Made by a program: the position numbers and the translations under genes. This document shows, in pieces, positions 35,826-45,921 of a stretch of 64,000 bases of DNA. Source of the stretch: Dehalococcoidia bacterium (GTDB taxonomy: Bacteria; Chloroflexota; Dehalococcoidia; JAUSIH01); NCBI GenBank assembly GCA_030648205.1, contig JAUSIH010000006.1:1357-65356 (forward strand), written 5' to 3'. The notes beneath the pieces were generated by a model. That model saw only the letters and a list, made by a program, of their open reading frames with translations. It was not told the DNA's origin and ran no database searches. Position 1 is the first letter of the stretch, and each line of letters opens with the position of its first letter.

Positions 35826-35887
35826 GCTCCGCTCATGGTGAGCCTGCCTGCCCTGAGCAGAGCCGAAGGGTCGAACCGTGAGCGAGA
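35826..35887. repeat. family-X/Y short hairpin units
   Basis: GCTCATGGTGAGCCTGCCTGCCCTGAGCAGAGCCGAAGGGTCGAACCGTGAGCGAG. Confidence 0.5.
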
Positions 35888-36038
35888 CTTTTCCGTGGCG
35901 CTCCCGCCCGCAACGACGTGGCGCACCCTCCCAAGCCCGCTGACCTGCCCATGACTGGGGCCAATTCTATCACGAGGATTGAGGGACGGCGATGGCAGCC
36001 AGCGCAACGCCTCCCCCCTTGCGGACCGTTCCGCTTAC

Positions 36039-38024
36039 CTAGCCCCGCGACGGCAGGACGACCACCGAGTTGCCCGGCGCGGTGATCTCGCCCCGCTGGT
36101 TCTCCGCCCAGACGTCGCACGCCACCAGGTGCTCGTTGCCCTCGACCCACTTGCGCGTCACCTTGCCCTTGCACCACTGCACGTCCCCTTCGATGTTCGG
36201 GCGGCGTACCTCGGCGTAGAACTCCTTGACCCAGCCGTCGTCGCCAACCCAGTTCGTCACGATGTTGGCGACCCACGAGACGCGCTGCGGGCCGTAGTCA
36301 TACCAGCCAGGGAATCCGATGCGGATGGCGAAATCGTCGTCCATGTGCACGGCCTCAGGGCAGTCCGGCACGTTGAGCTTGTTCCGGATGGGGATGCCCG
36401 GGTGGCGCTTCATCATCCAGTAGCGTACCTCGTTGGCGCGAATATGGTGTACAAGCTGGCTGCCCCAGCCCATTTTGAAGGCGACGACGTCCGACATGGT
36501 GAGCGGGCCTTTGACCACCGGCCTCAGATCGTCTCCCACTTTGACGTCCTCCCAGTAGCGGGGCGTCGCGCCGCGGACCTCCTCCGCCTCAATGCCCTTC
36601 CATATCTCCTGCAGCTCCGCCTCGGTCCACTTGTGCTTGGTGACTCCTTGGTACTTTCCCTTATCGCTGGCCGTCTTGCGCTCCGATCGAACAAAGAACT
36701 CATACAGCGTCGAAAGCAGATCGCCTTTTTGATTGCGGAAGTTCTTGAACCATGTCTGGATGAATGTCCGCCCCGCGAAGCTGCTGCTCTTCTTCTCCAC
36801 CAGGTCATGCAGTCCTCCGGTGGTGACGATGGTTTCGCCCGCGCGGATGGGCTTATAGTTGACGAAGCGGACGCCCGCGTGCAGGGCGTGGATACCCGGC
36901 ATGCCCACGCGGCCGGCCCTGCCCTCGCAGCTCAGCAGGAAGCTGAACGGCGCGGTGACGCCGCCGAAGCGCGTCTTCTTCCCATACTCCTCGTCCTGGT
37001 ACAGCGGATTCATGTCGCCGATGCCCTCAACCCAGTGGCGGATCGAGTCTTTGCCCGCCTCGGCGTTCCACTGTCCCTTGGTGGAGAACTCCTTACCCTT
37101 GACGGCGAGAAGCTCGTTAACCATCTCCTGAGTGATTTTGGCCTCTGTGCCTTGCTTGACCTCGGCTTCCATGGTGTGCCTCCTTGGGGTTGGGTATATG
37201 GGCCGCTCGGAGTCTAGCACCGCCCGTGGGTGTGGCGCAAGGACACGGGCCAGGCGCTGCCGGAACCACTCCACGCCTGTGCGGACCATGTGCTGGATGC
37301 TCGCGTTGTCCAGGAAGAGGTGCTCCGCGCCCGGTACTAGCTCCAGCTTCCGGGGGCCGCCCGCGTTGTCGTACAGGGCCTGCGTGTTGCGCGGAGGGAC
37401 GACATCGTCCCGCGCGCCCTGGACGAAGAGCGCGGGCACGCGGACCTGGCGGATGATCTCCGTCGCGTCGTACTTGCGGAAGTCCTCCAGGAAGTTGTAG
37501 CGGACGCGGACGTGGCCCTTGGGGTACAGGGGGATATCGGCGACCCCCTGGCGTTTCCAGCGCTTCACCATGTCGGGCTCGAAGAGGTGCTGCAAGTCCG
37601 GGTGCGCGGGTGCGGCGATGGTCATCAGCGCCTTCACGCGCGTGTCCGACGCGGCGACGGCGATGCAGGCCACGCCTCCCAGCGAGTGGCCCGCCAGGCC
37701 GATGCGCTGTCCGTCAACGTTCGGGTCGGCCTCTAGGAAGTTGATCGCCGCGAAGGTGTCCTCAATCTGATGGGTGAGCAGCATGTCCTCACAGCTTCCA
37801 TCGCTCTCGCCGATGCCGTCCGCGTAGTCGAAGCGCAGGCATGCGAAACCGGCGTCGCGCAGGGCCTGGGCAAGCCGGACCAGATACTTGACCTCTTTGA
37901 AGCCGGTGAAGCCGTGGCAGAGGACGACGGCGGGAAGCTTGCCGGTGGACGCGTCGGGCTTCTCCAGAAGGCCCACGAGTGTCTGGCCGCGAAGGTTGGG
38001 GAAGGTGACGCGCGTGGTGGGCAT
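36039..38024 (-). CDS. alpha/beta hydrolase fused in one ORF to a double hot-dog (MaoC/FAS1-like) dehydratase
   Basis: The N-terminal ~270 aa carry the GHSLGG nucleophile elbow. The C-terminal ~375 aa show two hot-dog halves. An internal AAGGAGG + ATG at 37172 precedes the dehydratase part. Confidence 0.75.
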   Translation of the reverse strand: MPTTRVTFPNLRGQTLVGLLEKPDASTGKLPAVVLCHGFTGFKEVKYLVRLAQALRDAGFACLRFDYADGIGESDGSCEDMLLTHQIEDTFAAINFLEADPNVDGQRIGLAGHSLGGVACIAVAASDTRVKALMTIAAPAHPDLQHLFEPDMVKRWKRQGVADIPLYPKGHVRVRYNFLEDFRKYDATEIIRQVRVPALFVQGARDDVVPPRNTQALYDNAGGPRKLELVPGAEHLFLDNASIQHMVRTGVEWFRQRLARVLAPHPRAVLDSERPIYPTPRRHTMEAEVKQGTEAKITQEMVNELLAVKGKEFSTKGQWNAEAGKDSIRHWVEGIGDMNPLYQDEEYGKKTRFGGVTAPFSFLLSCEGRAGRVGMPGIHALHAGVRFVNYKPIRAGETIVTTGGLHDLVEKKSSSFAGRTFIQTWFKNFRNQKGDLLSTLYEFFVRSERKTASDKGKYQGVTKHKWTEAELQEIWKGIEAEEVRGATPRYWEDVKVGDDLRPVVKGPLTMSDVVAFKMGWGSQLVHHIRANEVRYWMMKRHPGIPIRNKLNVPDCPEAVHMDDDFAIRIGFPGWYDYGPQRVSWVANIVTNWVGDDGWVKEFYAEVRRPNIEGDVQWCKGKVTRKWVEGNEHLVACDVWAENQRGEITAPGNSVVVLPSRG

Positions 38025-38073
38025 ACGCCCAGTGTACTACAAGCTGGCGCGGGGCCAGTGCCCCTTCCGGCGG

Positions 38074-38976
38074 CTAGTTCCGCAGGCGCGGGTCCAGCAC
38101 GTCGCGCAGGGCGTCGCCCAGCAGGTTGAACCCGAAGACCGTCAGGCTGATGGCGATGCCGGGGAAGAGCACCATCCACGGCGCGCGCTCCGCGAACTGC
38201 CGGGCCGCTCCGGAGAGCATGTTGCCCCACGTCGCCGTCGGCGGCGGCGGGCCTGCGCCCAGGAAGCTGATGGACGCCTCTACGACAATGGCGAATCCTA
38301 TCCCCGCCGTAGCGATAATCAGATAGGGAGCGGTGCACTGAGGCAGGATGTGCAGGAAGAGGACGCGGGCGTGGCTGGCGCCCACGGCGCGGGCCGCATC
38401 CACGTACTGCGCCTCCTTGACCGAGAGCGCCACCGATCTCACCACGCGGCTGGACTGGGGTATGAGCACCACGGCGATGGCAAGCACTACGTTATTCACC
38501 GACGCGCCGAGGGTGGCCGCGATAATCAGCGCCAGCACCAGAGTAGGGAACGCCATGAGCGCGTCCACGAGCCGTTGCAACAGGGTGTCGAAGCCGCCGC
38601 CTAGATAGGCGCTCACGAGTCCGAGCAGCGAGCCGAATGTCGTGCCGAGGGCGACGGCCGTGAGACCCACGTAGACGGAAACCTGCGAGCCCCAGATGAT
38701 GCGGCTGAGCTGGTCGCGGCCCAGGTTGTCGGTCCCGGCGGGAAACCCGGTCCGCGGCGAGAGGAAGAGCTTGCCCGGCAAGATGTCGGAGGGGTCGTAC
38801 GGCGCAAGCAGGGGCGCGAGCAGGGCCGTGGCCAGGGACGCAATGACCAGCAGCGCGCCCACGCCGCCGAGGGGCTTTCGCCGGACGAAGGACGCGATGC
38901 TCCTCAGTACGCGGGCGGCCAGCCTGAGCGGGTTGGCGGGGACGGTCGTGCGGGTTGTCGCGTTGTCCAGGCGCAT
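38074..38976 (-). CDS. ABC transporter permease (DppC/OppC-like)
   Basis: BPD-transport signature region and an N-terminal OppC-type extension. Confidence 0.9.
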   Translation of the reverse strand: MRLDNATTRTTVPANPLRLAARVLRSIASFVRRKPLGGVGALLVIASLATALLAPLLAPYDPSDILPGKLFLSPRTGFPAGTDNLGRDQLSRIIWGSQVSVYVGLTAVALGTTFGSLLGLVSAYLGGGFDTLLQRLVDALMAFPTLVLALIIAATLGASVNNVVLAIAVVLIPQSSRVVRSVALSVKEAQYVDAARAVGASHARVLFLHILPQCTAPYLIIATAGIGFAIVVEASISFLGAGPPPPTATWGNMLSGAARQFAERAPWMVLFPGIAISLTVFGFNLLGDALRDVLDPRLRN

Positions 38977-38984
38977 GTGCGTCG

Positions 38985-39944
38985 CTACCTGTACCGGATG
39001 CGCGGGTCAAGCCACCCGTACAGCAGGTCAACCCCAAGGTTAATGAGCATGAACCACAACGCAATGAGCAGGATAATAGCCTGGACCATGGGATAGTCCC
39101 TGTCCAGTATGCTGCTGACCAGCGCGGTGCCCAGGCCGGGGAGGGCGAAAAGCCACTCCATGACCACAGTTCCGCCCAGCAGGCCGCCGAACTGGAACGC
39201 GCTGATGGTGATGACCGGCAGCAGGGCGTTGCGCAGCATGTGGCGCAACACGACCACCCGCTCGCGCAGGCCCTTGGCCCACGCGGTGCGCACGTAGTCC
39301 TGGCGCAGCACCTCCAGCATGGTGGAGCGGGTCATGCGGCTCACCACGGCGGCGTAGAAGTAGCCCATTGCCACTGAGGGGAAGATGATGATCTGAAGGT
39401 TGCCCCAGGGGTCGGCGAAGATGCTTTTCCAGCCGATGGGGGGCATCCATTCGAAGAAGAGGACCAGCGCGAGGATGATGATGCTGCCTATCCAGAAGGG
39501 AGGCATGGTAAGCCCGCCGATGGTGAAGATGCGCAGGAAATAGTCCAGCGGCGTGTCCTGGCGCAGCGCCATGATCATGCCCAGAGGCAGCGCGATGAGC
39601 AGCGACGCGGCCAGGGTGACCATCGCCAGCTCAAACGTCACGGGTAGGCGGCGGACCATCTCATCGCGGACGGAGAGGCCGGTGAAAAGGGAATCGCCCA
39701 GGTCCAGCCGCACTGCGTTGCTTATCCACGACAGGTACTGGACATGGATAGGCTGGTTCAGCCCCAGTCGGGTGCGCACGTTCTCCAGGTCGGCCTGGGT
39801 GTACCGGCCCTGGCCCTCCGGTCCCGCAAGGATGAGCACGGCCACGTCCCCGGGCAGCACGCGGAGGACGGTGAAAATGACGGCGGACACCAGCAACAGG
39901 GTGGGGATAAAGAGCAGGAAGCGCCGGGCCAGATACTGCGGCAT
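38985..39944 (-). CDS. ABC transporter permease (DppB/OppB-like)
   Basis: MPQYLARRFLLFIPTLLLVS.. is the typical DppB N-terminus. EAA-like loop (YVRTAWAKGL). Confidence 0.9.
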   Translation of the reverse strand: MPQYLARRFLLFIPTLLLVSAVIFTVLRVLPGDVAVLILAGPEGQGRYTQADLENVRTRLGLNQPIHVQYLSWISNAVRLDLGDSLFTGLSVRDEMVRRLPVTFELAMVTLAASLLIALPLGMIMALRQDTPLDYFLRIFTIGGLTMPPFWIGSIIILALVLFFEWMPPIGWKSIFADPWGNLQIIIFPSVAMGYFYAAVVSRMTRSTMLEVLRQDYVRTAWAKGLRERVVVLRHMLRNALLPVITISAFQFGGLLGGTVVMEWLFALPGLGTALVSSILDRDYPMVQAIILLIALWFMLINLGVDLLYGWLDPRIRYR

Positions 39945-40030
39945 TGAGTCCTCAGAAGCATTTCATGAGCGCGTCAGTGGGAGAAGCGTCCGGAGGCAGA
40001 TTAGCTTGCTAGTCTGCCTCCGGGTGGGTC

Positions 40031-41779
40031 CTACTGCGCGATCCAGAGCCGTTCATACCAGAAGTTGTCCCCTACGATGCCGGGATGCGTCCAGCCCCGG
40101 ACCTCCGGCAAAGTGGCGTGGATGTACATGGATTGGTAGACTGGAATGGCGGGAGCCATCTCCCACAGGCGCTCCTGGAGCTGGTCAACGACCTTCTTGC
40201 GCTCGACGGGGTCCACGATCAAGCCCTGTTTCTGGTAGAGCTCGTCTACCTTCGGGTCGCTGAGGCCCGTGTAGTTGCCCTCATCACCCGTTGTCCAGAC
40301 GGACAGAAGCGCCTGGGGGTCGTAGAGGACCGGTTGCGTGGGCCCCTCCGTCAACGTGAACCGCCCTTCGCGCATGGCGGGCAGCCACTCGACGGGGTAA
40401 CGAGTGAGTTTTGCGGTAACGATGATGCCTATCTTGGCGAGCTGCTTGGTTTCCACCGCCAGACGGAACTCATAGCCGGTGAGGTCGGGCAGCAGGGATT
40501 CGGCACGGAAGCCGTCGGGATATCCCGCCTCCTTCATGAGGCTCTTTGCGGCGGCGATGTCCGCATCCGTGGAGCCGCGGTACGCGGGGATTTTCTTGAG
40601 CGTATCTTCCGGCAGGGACCACGTCAGGCCGGCGGGCCCGGTGAAGTCCCCCTTGAATCCAATACCCTCGTGCGCGATGTCGACAATCTCCTGCTGATTC
40701 AGTACCATGGCCGCCGCCTGGCGGACCCGCAGGTCCTTGAACGGGCCTGACCGCGTATTCAACCACAGGTACTGGATTGCAGTCGTCCCGTGGCGTTCGA
40801 TGGACACTCCCGGTACGCGTTGCGCAAGGAGGTCCGCCTCCGACTTGGTAAGACCGCGCGTCCCGAAGCCGGTGAAGTTCACACGTCCCGTCCGCAGCGC
40901 CGCGAACTGCGTCGCAGCCTCGCGGATGACGAGCCAGCGGTGGCCGTCCAAATAGGGAAGCTGGGGGTCGTAGTATTTGTCATTGCGGACGAACTCAAGC
41001 TTTACGTCGTCTTCGCGGGCGCTGAACTTGAAGGGGCCGCTGCCAACGGGCTTTTTCTCCAGCGCCTTCTGGTCCTTGGAGACGATGTGCGCGGGAACAA
41101 TGGACGTGGTGGGAAGAGCGAGGAAGGACAGCATCCACGGCGACGGCTGCTTCGTGATGATCACCACTGTCCGTTCGTCGGGCGTCTCCACCCTCTCGAC
41201 GGCGGACATCACGCGCTTGTAGGGGCTGATGATGCCGCCGGGCGCGTCCCGCATGCGCTCGATCGTCGCCTTCACGTCCGCGGAGGTCACGGGCTGGCCG
41301 TCGTGGAACTGGAAGCCGGTCTTCAGCCGGAACGTCCACTTCTGGGCCGTAGCGTCCGACTCCCATTTCTCGGCGAGCTGCCCGATGAGGACGCGCTCTT
41401 TCGGCAGGCGCTGCGAGTCAATCGCGGTAAGCCGGTGGAACGTGCTGGCCAGGGCCTCGCTGGGGAGGACGCTGGTCTCCTGGTTGGGGTCCAGCGTGCG
41501 CCCAATGCTGGTCATGTAGGCCACCATCCAGCCGCCGCGCTTTGGCGCATCCGCCCTGGACGCCGGCGTGGGCGTGGCGGGTGGAGGCCGGGTGGCGGGG
41601 GCCGGAGTCGGGAATACCTCGCGTGCGGTGGCCGTGGGAGACGGCGACGGCTGCGCGACCGCCACGGTGGGCGCCGCCTGGGGTGCGGCGGAGGGCGGCT
41701 TCGCGGGTGTGGGCGCGCAGGATACGGCGAGCAGGCCCACGGCTGCGACCGCGGACAGGAGACGGCGCGTGACTTTCAT
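40031..41779 (-). CDS. ABC substrate-binding lipoprotein, family 5 (peptide/nickel)
   Basis: Lipobox LAVSC, Pro/Ala linker, and SBP_bac_5-like core. Confidence 0.9.
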   Translation of the reverse strand: MKVTRRLLSAVAAVGLLAVSCAPTPAKPPSAAPQAAPTVAVAQPSPSPTATAREVFPTPAPATRPPPATPTPASRADAPKRGGWMVAYMTSIGRTLDPNQETSVLPSEALASTFHRLTAIDSQRLPKERVLIGQLAEKWESDATAQKWTFRLKTGFQFHDGQPVTSADVKATIERMRDAPGGIISPYKRVMSAVERVETPDERTVVIITKQPSPWMLSFLALPTTSIVPAHIVSKDQKALEKKPVGSGPFKFSAREDDVKLEFVRNDKYYDPQLPYLDGHRWLVIREAATQFAALRTGRVNFTGFGTRGLTKSEADLLAQRVPGVSIERHGTTAIQYLWLNTRSGPFKDLRVRQAAAMVLNQQEIVDIAHEGIGFKGDFTGPAGLTWSLPEDTLKKIPAYRGSTDADIAAAKSLMKEAGYPDGFRAESLLPDLTGYEFRLAVETKQLAKIGIIVTAKLTRYPVEWLPAMREGRFTLTEGPTQPVLYDPQALLSVWTTGDEGNYTGLSDPKVDELYQKQGLIVDPVERKKVVDQLQERLWEMAPAIPVYQSMYIHATLPEVRGWTHPGIVGDNFWYERLWIAQ

Positions 41780-41828
41780 ACGATGGCCCTTTCCGTGTCC
41801 CAGATATCTAACGGCGCTCTCCGCGCGC

Positions 41829-43577
41829 CTACGGGGCTATCCAGACCTTCTCGTACCAGAAATTGTCGCGCAGAATGCCAGGGTGTGTCCAGCCTCTGAT
41901 CTCAGGGAGCGTGGCGTGATGGTACATGCCGTTGTACGTGGGGATGGCGGGCGCCAGCTCCCACAGGCGGAGCTGCAACTGGTCAACGAGCTTCTTGCGC
42001 TCCACCGGGTCAACGGTGAGGCCTTGCTTGTTGTACAGATCGTCCACCTGGGCGTCGCTGAGGCCGGGCCGGTTGTCCAGCGCGCCCGTGGTCCACATGG
42101 CGAGGAGGGCGTCCGGGTCGTAGAACACGTCCGCGCCGGGGCCTTCGCCCAGGGTGAATCGGCCCTCACGCAACGCGGGCACCCACTCCACAGGGTAGCG
42201 GGATATCTTGGCGTTCACCGTGATGCCTATCTTGGCAAGCTGCTTGGTCTCCACAGCCAGGCGGAACTCGTAGCCCGGCGTATCCGGCAGAAGCCATTCA
42301 ACCTTGAACCCGTCCGGGTAACCCGCCTGGGCCAGGAGTTTCTTGGCGTCGGCGGCGTCCGCTGCTGTCGGGCCCTTGTACGCGGGAAGAGTGTTGAGCT
42401 TGTCCTCCGGCAGTGACCAGGTCAACCCCGCGGGCCCGGTGAAGTCTCCTTTGAAACCGGCGCCTTCATGAGCAACGTCAATGATTTCCTGCTGTCCGAT
42501 GACCTTGGCCGCGGCCTGGCGGACGCGGACGTCCTTGAATGGGCCGGCGCGCGTGTTGAGCCACAGGAACTGGACGGTGGTGGTCCCGTAGCGCGATATC
42601 CTGACTCCGGGAGTCCGCTGGGTCAGCAGGTCAGCCTCTGACTTGCTGAGGCCGCGCGTGCCGAAGCCTGTGAAGTTGACCCGGCCCGTGCGGATGGCGG
42701 CGAACTGCGTCGTCGCTTCTCGGATGGTCAGCCAGCGTATGCCATCCAGGTAGGGTAGCTTGGGGTCTCTGTTCTTGTCGTTCCGGACGAACTCGGCTTT
42801 AACATCGGGTTCTCGGACGCTGAACTTGAAGGGGCCGCTGCCAATCGGCCTCTTCTCCAGCGCCTTCTGGTCCTTGGAGACGATGTGCGCCGGGACGATG
42901 GACGTTGTGGGTTGGGCCAGGAACGTGAGCATCCATGCCGCCGGACGCTTGGTGGTGATGACGACAGTCGTGGCGTCCGGAGTTTCCACCTTCTCGATTG
43001 CGGAGGCTACCTGCTTAAAGGGGCTGATGATGCCGCCCGGCGCGTCGCGCATCCGTTCAAGGGTCGCCTTCACGTCCGCGGACGTCAGCGGCTGGCCGTC
43101 GTGGAAGGTGTAGCCGCTTTTCAGATAGAACGTCCACTTCTGGGCGCTCTTGTCCACCTCCCACCGCTCGGCCAGTTGGCCTATCATGACGCGTTCCTTG
43201 GGGAGCTGCTCCGGGTCAATCGTGACCAGTCTATGGAAGGCGCCGGTCAGGAACTGGCTTGGGAAGATGCTGGTCTCCTGGTTGGGGTCCAGCGTGCGCT
43301 CCGTACTCGCCCCATACGCGATCAGCCAGCCGCCGCGTTTGGGCTCGTCCGATGCGGCTGCTGGAGCAGGGGTCGCCTGCGCCGGACGGGGCGTAGCGGG
43401 GACCGGCGTGGGGCGCAACTGTTGCGAGGAGACTGTGGGTTGCGCCGCGGGCTGGGGCGCTGCGGTGGGCGCCGCCTGGGGTGCGGAAGGGGGAGGCGGC
43501 GCGGAAACGGGGGCGCAGGCCGACAGCGCCAAGGCAAGAACCGTGGCCGCGGAGGACAGAGGCCGGACTATGTTCAT
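41829..43577 (-). CDS. ABC substrate-binding lipoprotein, family 5 (tandem paralog)
   Basis: Lipobox ALSAC. Same length (582 aa) and collinear with the downstream paralog. Confidence 0.9.
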   Translation of the reverse strand: MNIVRPLSSAATVLALALSACAPVSAPPPPSAPQAAPTAAPQPAAQPTVSSQQLRPTPVPATPRPAQATPAPAAASDEPKRGGWLIAYGASTERTLDPNQETSIFPSQFLTGAFHRLVTIDPEQLPKERVMIGQLAERWEVDKSAQKWTFYLKSGYTFHDGQPLTSADVKATLERMRDAPGGIISPFKQVASAIEKVETPDATTVVITTKRPAAWMLTFLAQPTTSIVPAHIVSKDQKALEKRPIGSGPFKFSVREPDVKAEFVRNDKNRDPKLPYLDGIRWLTIREATTQFAAIRTGRVNFTGFGTRGLSKSEADLLTQRTPGVRISRYGTTTVQFLWLNTRAGPFKDVRVRQAAAKVIGQQEIIDVAHEGAGFKGDFTGPAGLTWSLPEDKLNTLPAYKGPTAADAADAKKLLAQAGYPDGFKVEWLLPDTPGYEFRLAVETKQLAKIGITVNAKISRYPVEWVPALREGRFTLGEGPGADVFYDPDALLAMWTTGALDNRPGLSDAQVDDLYNKQGLTVDPVERKKLVDQLQLRLWELAPAIPTYNGMYHHATLPEIRGWTHPGILRDNFWYEKVWIAP

Positions 43578-43649
43578 GGCAAGACTCCTGTCAATGCTAA
43601 CGTGGCCCAGAGTTTGTGATTCGTCGTGGCGTGTCGGAAAAGTAGCGAT

Positions 43650-43678
43650 AGTATATGGCGGATATTGGCTATTGTCAA
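43650..43678 (-). promoter_or_regulatory. consensus promoter TTGACA-17-TATACT
   Basis: Minus strand reads TTGACAatagccaatatccgccaTATACT, about 72 nt upstream of ATG 43577. Confidence 0.6.
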
Positions 43679-43732
43679 GGAAACGACGGGGTGACGGCCC
43701 ACGGACGGGCGGCGCGCGGTGGTCCTCTCACG

Positions 43733-45154
43733 CTAGCGTAATTGAGGGCCCGTCGCCAATTCCTGCACCGCGGCCACGGCCAGCAGAGCGGCATCCCGCA
43801 GCAAGGCCCTCTCGACGAACTCAATGCGGTCGTTGGACGTGTGGATGCGGCTCAGGTCGCTGCTGGAAATGTGCACCGCGGGGATGTCCGCCTGCATGAA
43901 GCTGAGGTGGTCGCTGCCGCCCGTGGGGCGGGACTCGCTGCGCAGGGTGATCCCCATGCGGTCGGCCACGCGCTGCATCAGCTCCGTCAGCGCTGTGCTT
44001 CCGTACATCTGGAGCGGCGCGCCCGTGCCCAGCGCGTCCAGGTTCAGCACTCCGACGATGCGCTTCCTCTCGGCCTCCGGAAGCGCCCGGACGTACGCGC
44101 GGCTGCCCACCAGCCCCGCTTCCTCCGCGCCGAACCCCATGAACCGCAACGTGACCGGCAACTGTCGCTGGGCGAAGTATCGGGCGACGGCCAGCATCAC
44201 GGCAGTACCGGAGCCGTTATCGTTGGCGCCAGGGGAGGCGGCCACCGTGTCATAGTGGCCGCCAATGATGATGACCCTGTCGCCGCCCGGCTTTTCGCCA
44301 ATGACGTTCTGGCTGGGAGACTCGACCACCTGCACGGTGACGGTCACCGTCACACCGCCCCTGTCCAGAAGCTCCAGAAGACGCGCGCCGTCCTCGCGGG
44401 ATACGGCGACGGCGGGAATGGCGCTGCGGGACTGCATGCTCCCCTGGAACGGTCCCGGCGCGTTGTTATAGATCATGGCCGCCGCCGCACCCGCCTTCGC
44501 GGCGTTCGCTACCTTGTCCTGGAAGGTGAGCGCGCCGCGCTCCATCAGGGCCACCTTGCCCGTGATGTTCGATGGGAAGTCGTCGGGCCGGCCCAGTCCG
44601 GCTTGCACCAGCGGCGTGGTGACAGCGCCGTGGCCTGACAGGATGATAGGGCTGGCGCGGTAGGAGGCCGGGTCAGGCGCGTCCTGAACGACCTGCCTGG
44701 ACGCCTCCGAGTAGTCCTGCACTGGAAACGGGGGTATTTCCACTTGGTAGCCCAGGGAACGCAGTTCGGCGGCTATGTAGTCGGCGGCGCGTTTCTCCCT
44801 CTCGGTGCCGGATGTCCGGGGGCCCAGCTCAACGCTCAGATGTCGCACGTAGTCGTAAGCCCACTGGCCGAGCGTCTCGCCAGTCGCGGCGTCGGCTTGG
44901 GAGAGAGGCGCGGAAACCGTAGTCGGCGGCGCCACTGGTTGCGCGGTGGAGGCTGGGGGTGTGGCGGGAAGGGCGTGCGCGGCGGATGGCGGAGGCGCGA
45001 CGGTGGGTGTCCGCGCGGGTGGCGCCGTCTGCGCAGACGTGGGCGACGAAGGCGGAGGAGGTTGAGGGACCGCGCAGGCGGCCAGCGCCACGCTCAGCGC
45101 CAGGCCCAGCGCGGCGAAGGTCCGTGCCCGGAGGGGTGGCAGTAGCCAGGACAT
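43733..45154 (-). CDS. M28 family metallopeptidase lipoprotein with PA domain
   Basis: Lipobox LAAC. GGHYDTV and NDNGSGTA are zinc-ligand motifs. A PA-domain insert is present. The start shares 1 nt with the upstream ATPase stop (TGATG). Confidence 0.9.
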   Translation of the reverse strand: MSWLLPPLRARTFAALGLALSVALAACAVPQPPPPSSPTSAQTAPPARTPTVAPPPSAAHALPATPPASTAQPVAPPTTVSAPLSQADAATGETLGQWAYDYVRHLSVELGPRTSGTEREKRAADYIAAELRSLGYQVEIPPFPVQDYSEASRQVVQDAPDPASYRASPIILSGHGAVTTPLVQAGLGRPDDFPSNITGKVALMERGALTFQDKVANAAKAGAAAAMIYNNAPGPFQGSMQSRSAIPAVAVSREDGARLLELLDRGGVTVTVTVQVVESPSQNVIGEKPGGDRVIIIGGHYDTVAASPGANDNGSGTAVMLAVARYFAQRQLPVTLRFMGFGAEEAGLVGSRAYVRALPEAERKRIVGVLNLDALGTGAPLQMYGSTALTELMQRVADRMGITLRSESRPTGGSDHLSFMQADIPAVHISSSDLSRIHTSNDRIEFVERALLRDAALLAVAAVQELATGPQLR

Positions 45155-45921
45155 CAGCGCCTGCGGAATCCGGGCGCCGCTTGGGCCGCGGGTGCGTTTG
45201 GCGGAACTTCGGAGGCCGGGGGCAGCCGCCAGCCGTCGGTGAACGCGCCGTCCACCAGCTCGCGCACGGTGAACCCCGCATCCTTCACAAGCGGGTCATG
45301 GGTCGCCACGACCACTGCTGCGCCGTCGCGCAGGGCGATGTCCCGCAGCAGGGCGAACACGGCGGCGGCGTTGGTGGAGTCCAGCTCGCCGGTCGGCTCG
45401 TCGGCCAGGATGAGGCGAGGGCGGTTGGCGATGGCGCGAGCGATGGCGACGCGCTGCTGCTCGCCGCCGGACATCTCATAGGGCCGGTGCTTCATGCGAT
45501 GGGCCAGGCCCACCAGCTCCAGGCACTCCTTCGCGCGCCCGTCGCGTTCCCTGGCGGGCCCCCCCGCGATGCGCAGCGCCAGCTCCACGTTCTCGTAGGC
45601 GGAGAGCAGCGGGATGAGGCCGAAGGACTGGAAGACGAAGCCGATGCTTGTGCGGCGCAGTTTCGTGAGATGCGCTTCGGGCAGTCTCCCCAGGTCTTGT
45701 TGTTGAAACAAGACCGTGCCCGACGTGGGCCTGTCCAGGCCGCCCAAGAGGTTCAGGAGGGTGGTCTTGCCCGAGCCGGAGCGGCCCATCAGCGCGAGCC
45801 GGTCGCCCGGATAGACGGCCACGTCCACCCCGCGGAGCGCGAGGACGCGCTGGCCTCCACTCTCGAAGGCGCGTTCCAGGCCCTGAGCAAGAAGAAGCGG
45901 CCCGCTATCTCCCGTGGTCAT
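45154..45921 (-). CDS. ABC transporter ATP-binding protein (MacB/FtsE-like)
   Basis: Walker A GRSGSGKTT, signature MSGGEQQR, Walker B LILADEPT. Confidence 0.9.
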   Translation of the reverse strand: MTTGDSGPLLLAQGLERAFESGGQRVLALRGVDVAVYPGDRLALMGRSGSGKTTLLNLLGGLDRPTSGTVLFQQQDLGRLPEAHLTKLRRTSIGFVFQSFGLIPLLSAYENVELALRIAGGPARERDGRAKECLELVGLAHRMKHRPYEMSGGEQQRVAIARAIANRPRLILADEPTGELDSTNAAAVFALLRDIALRDGAAVVVATHDPLVKDAGFTVRELVDGAFTDGWRLPPASEVPPNAPAAQAAPGFRRR

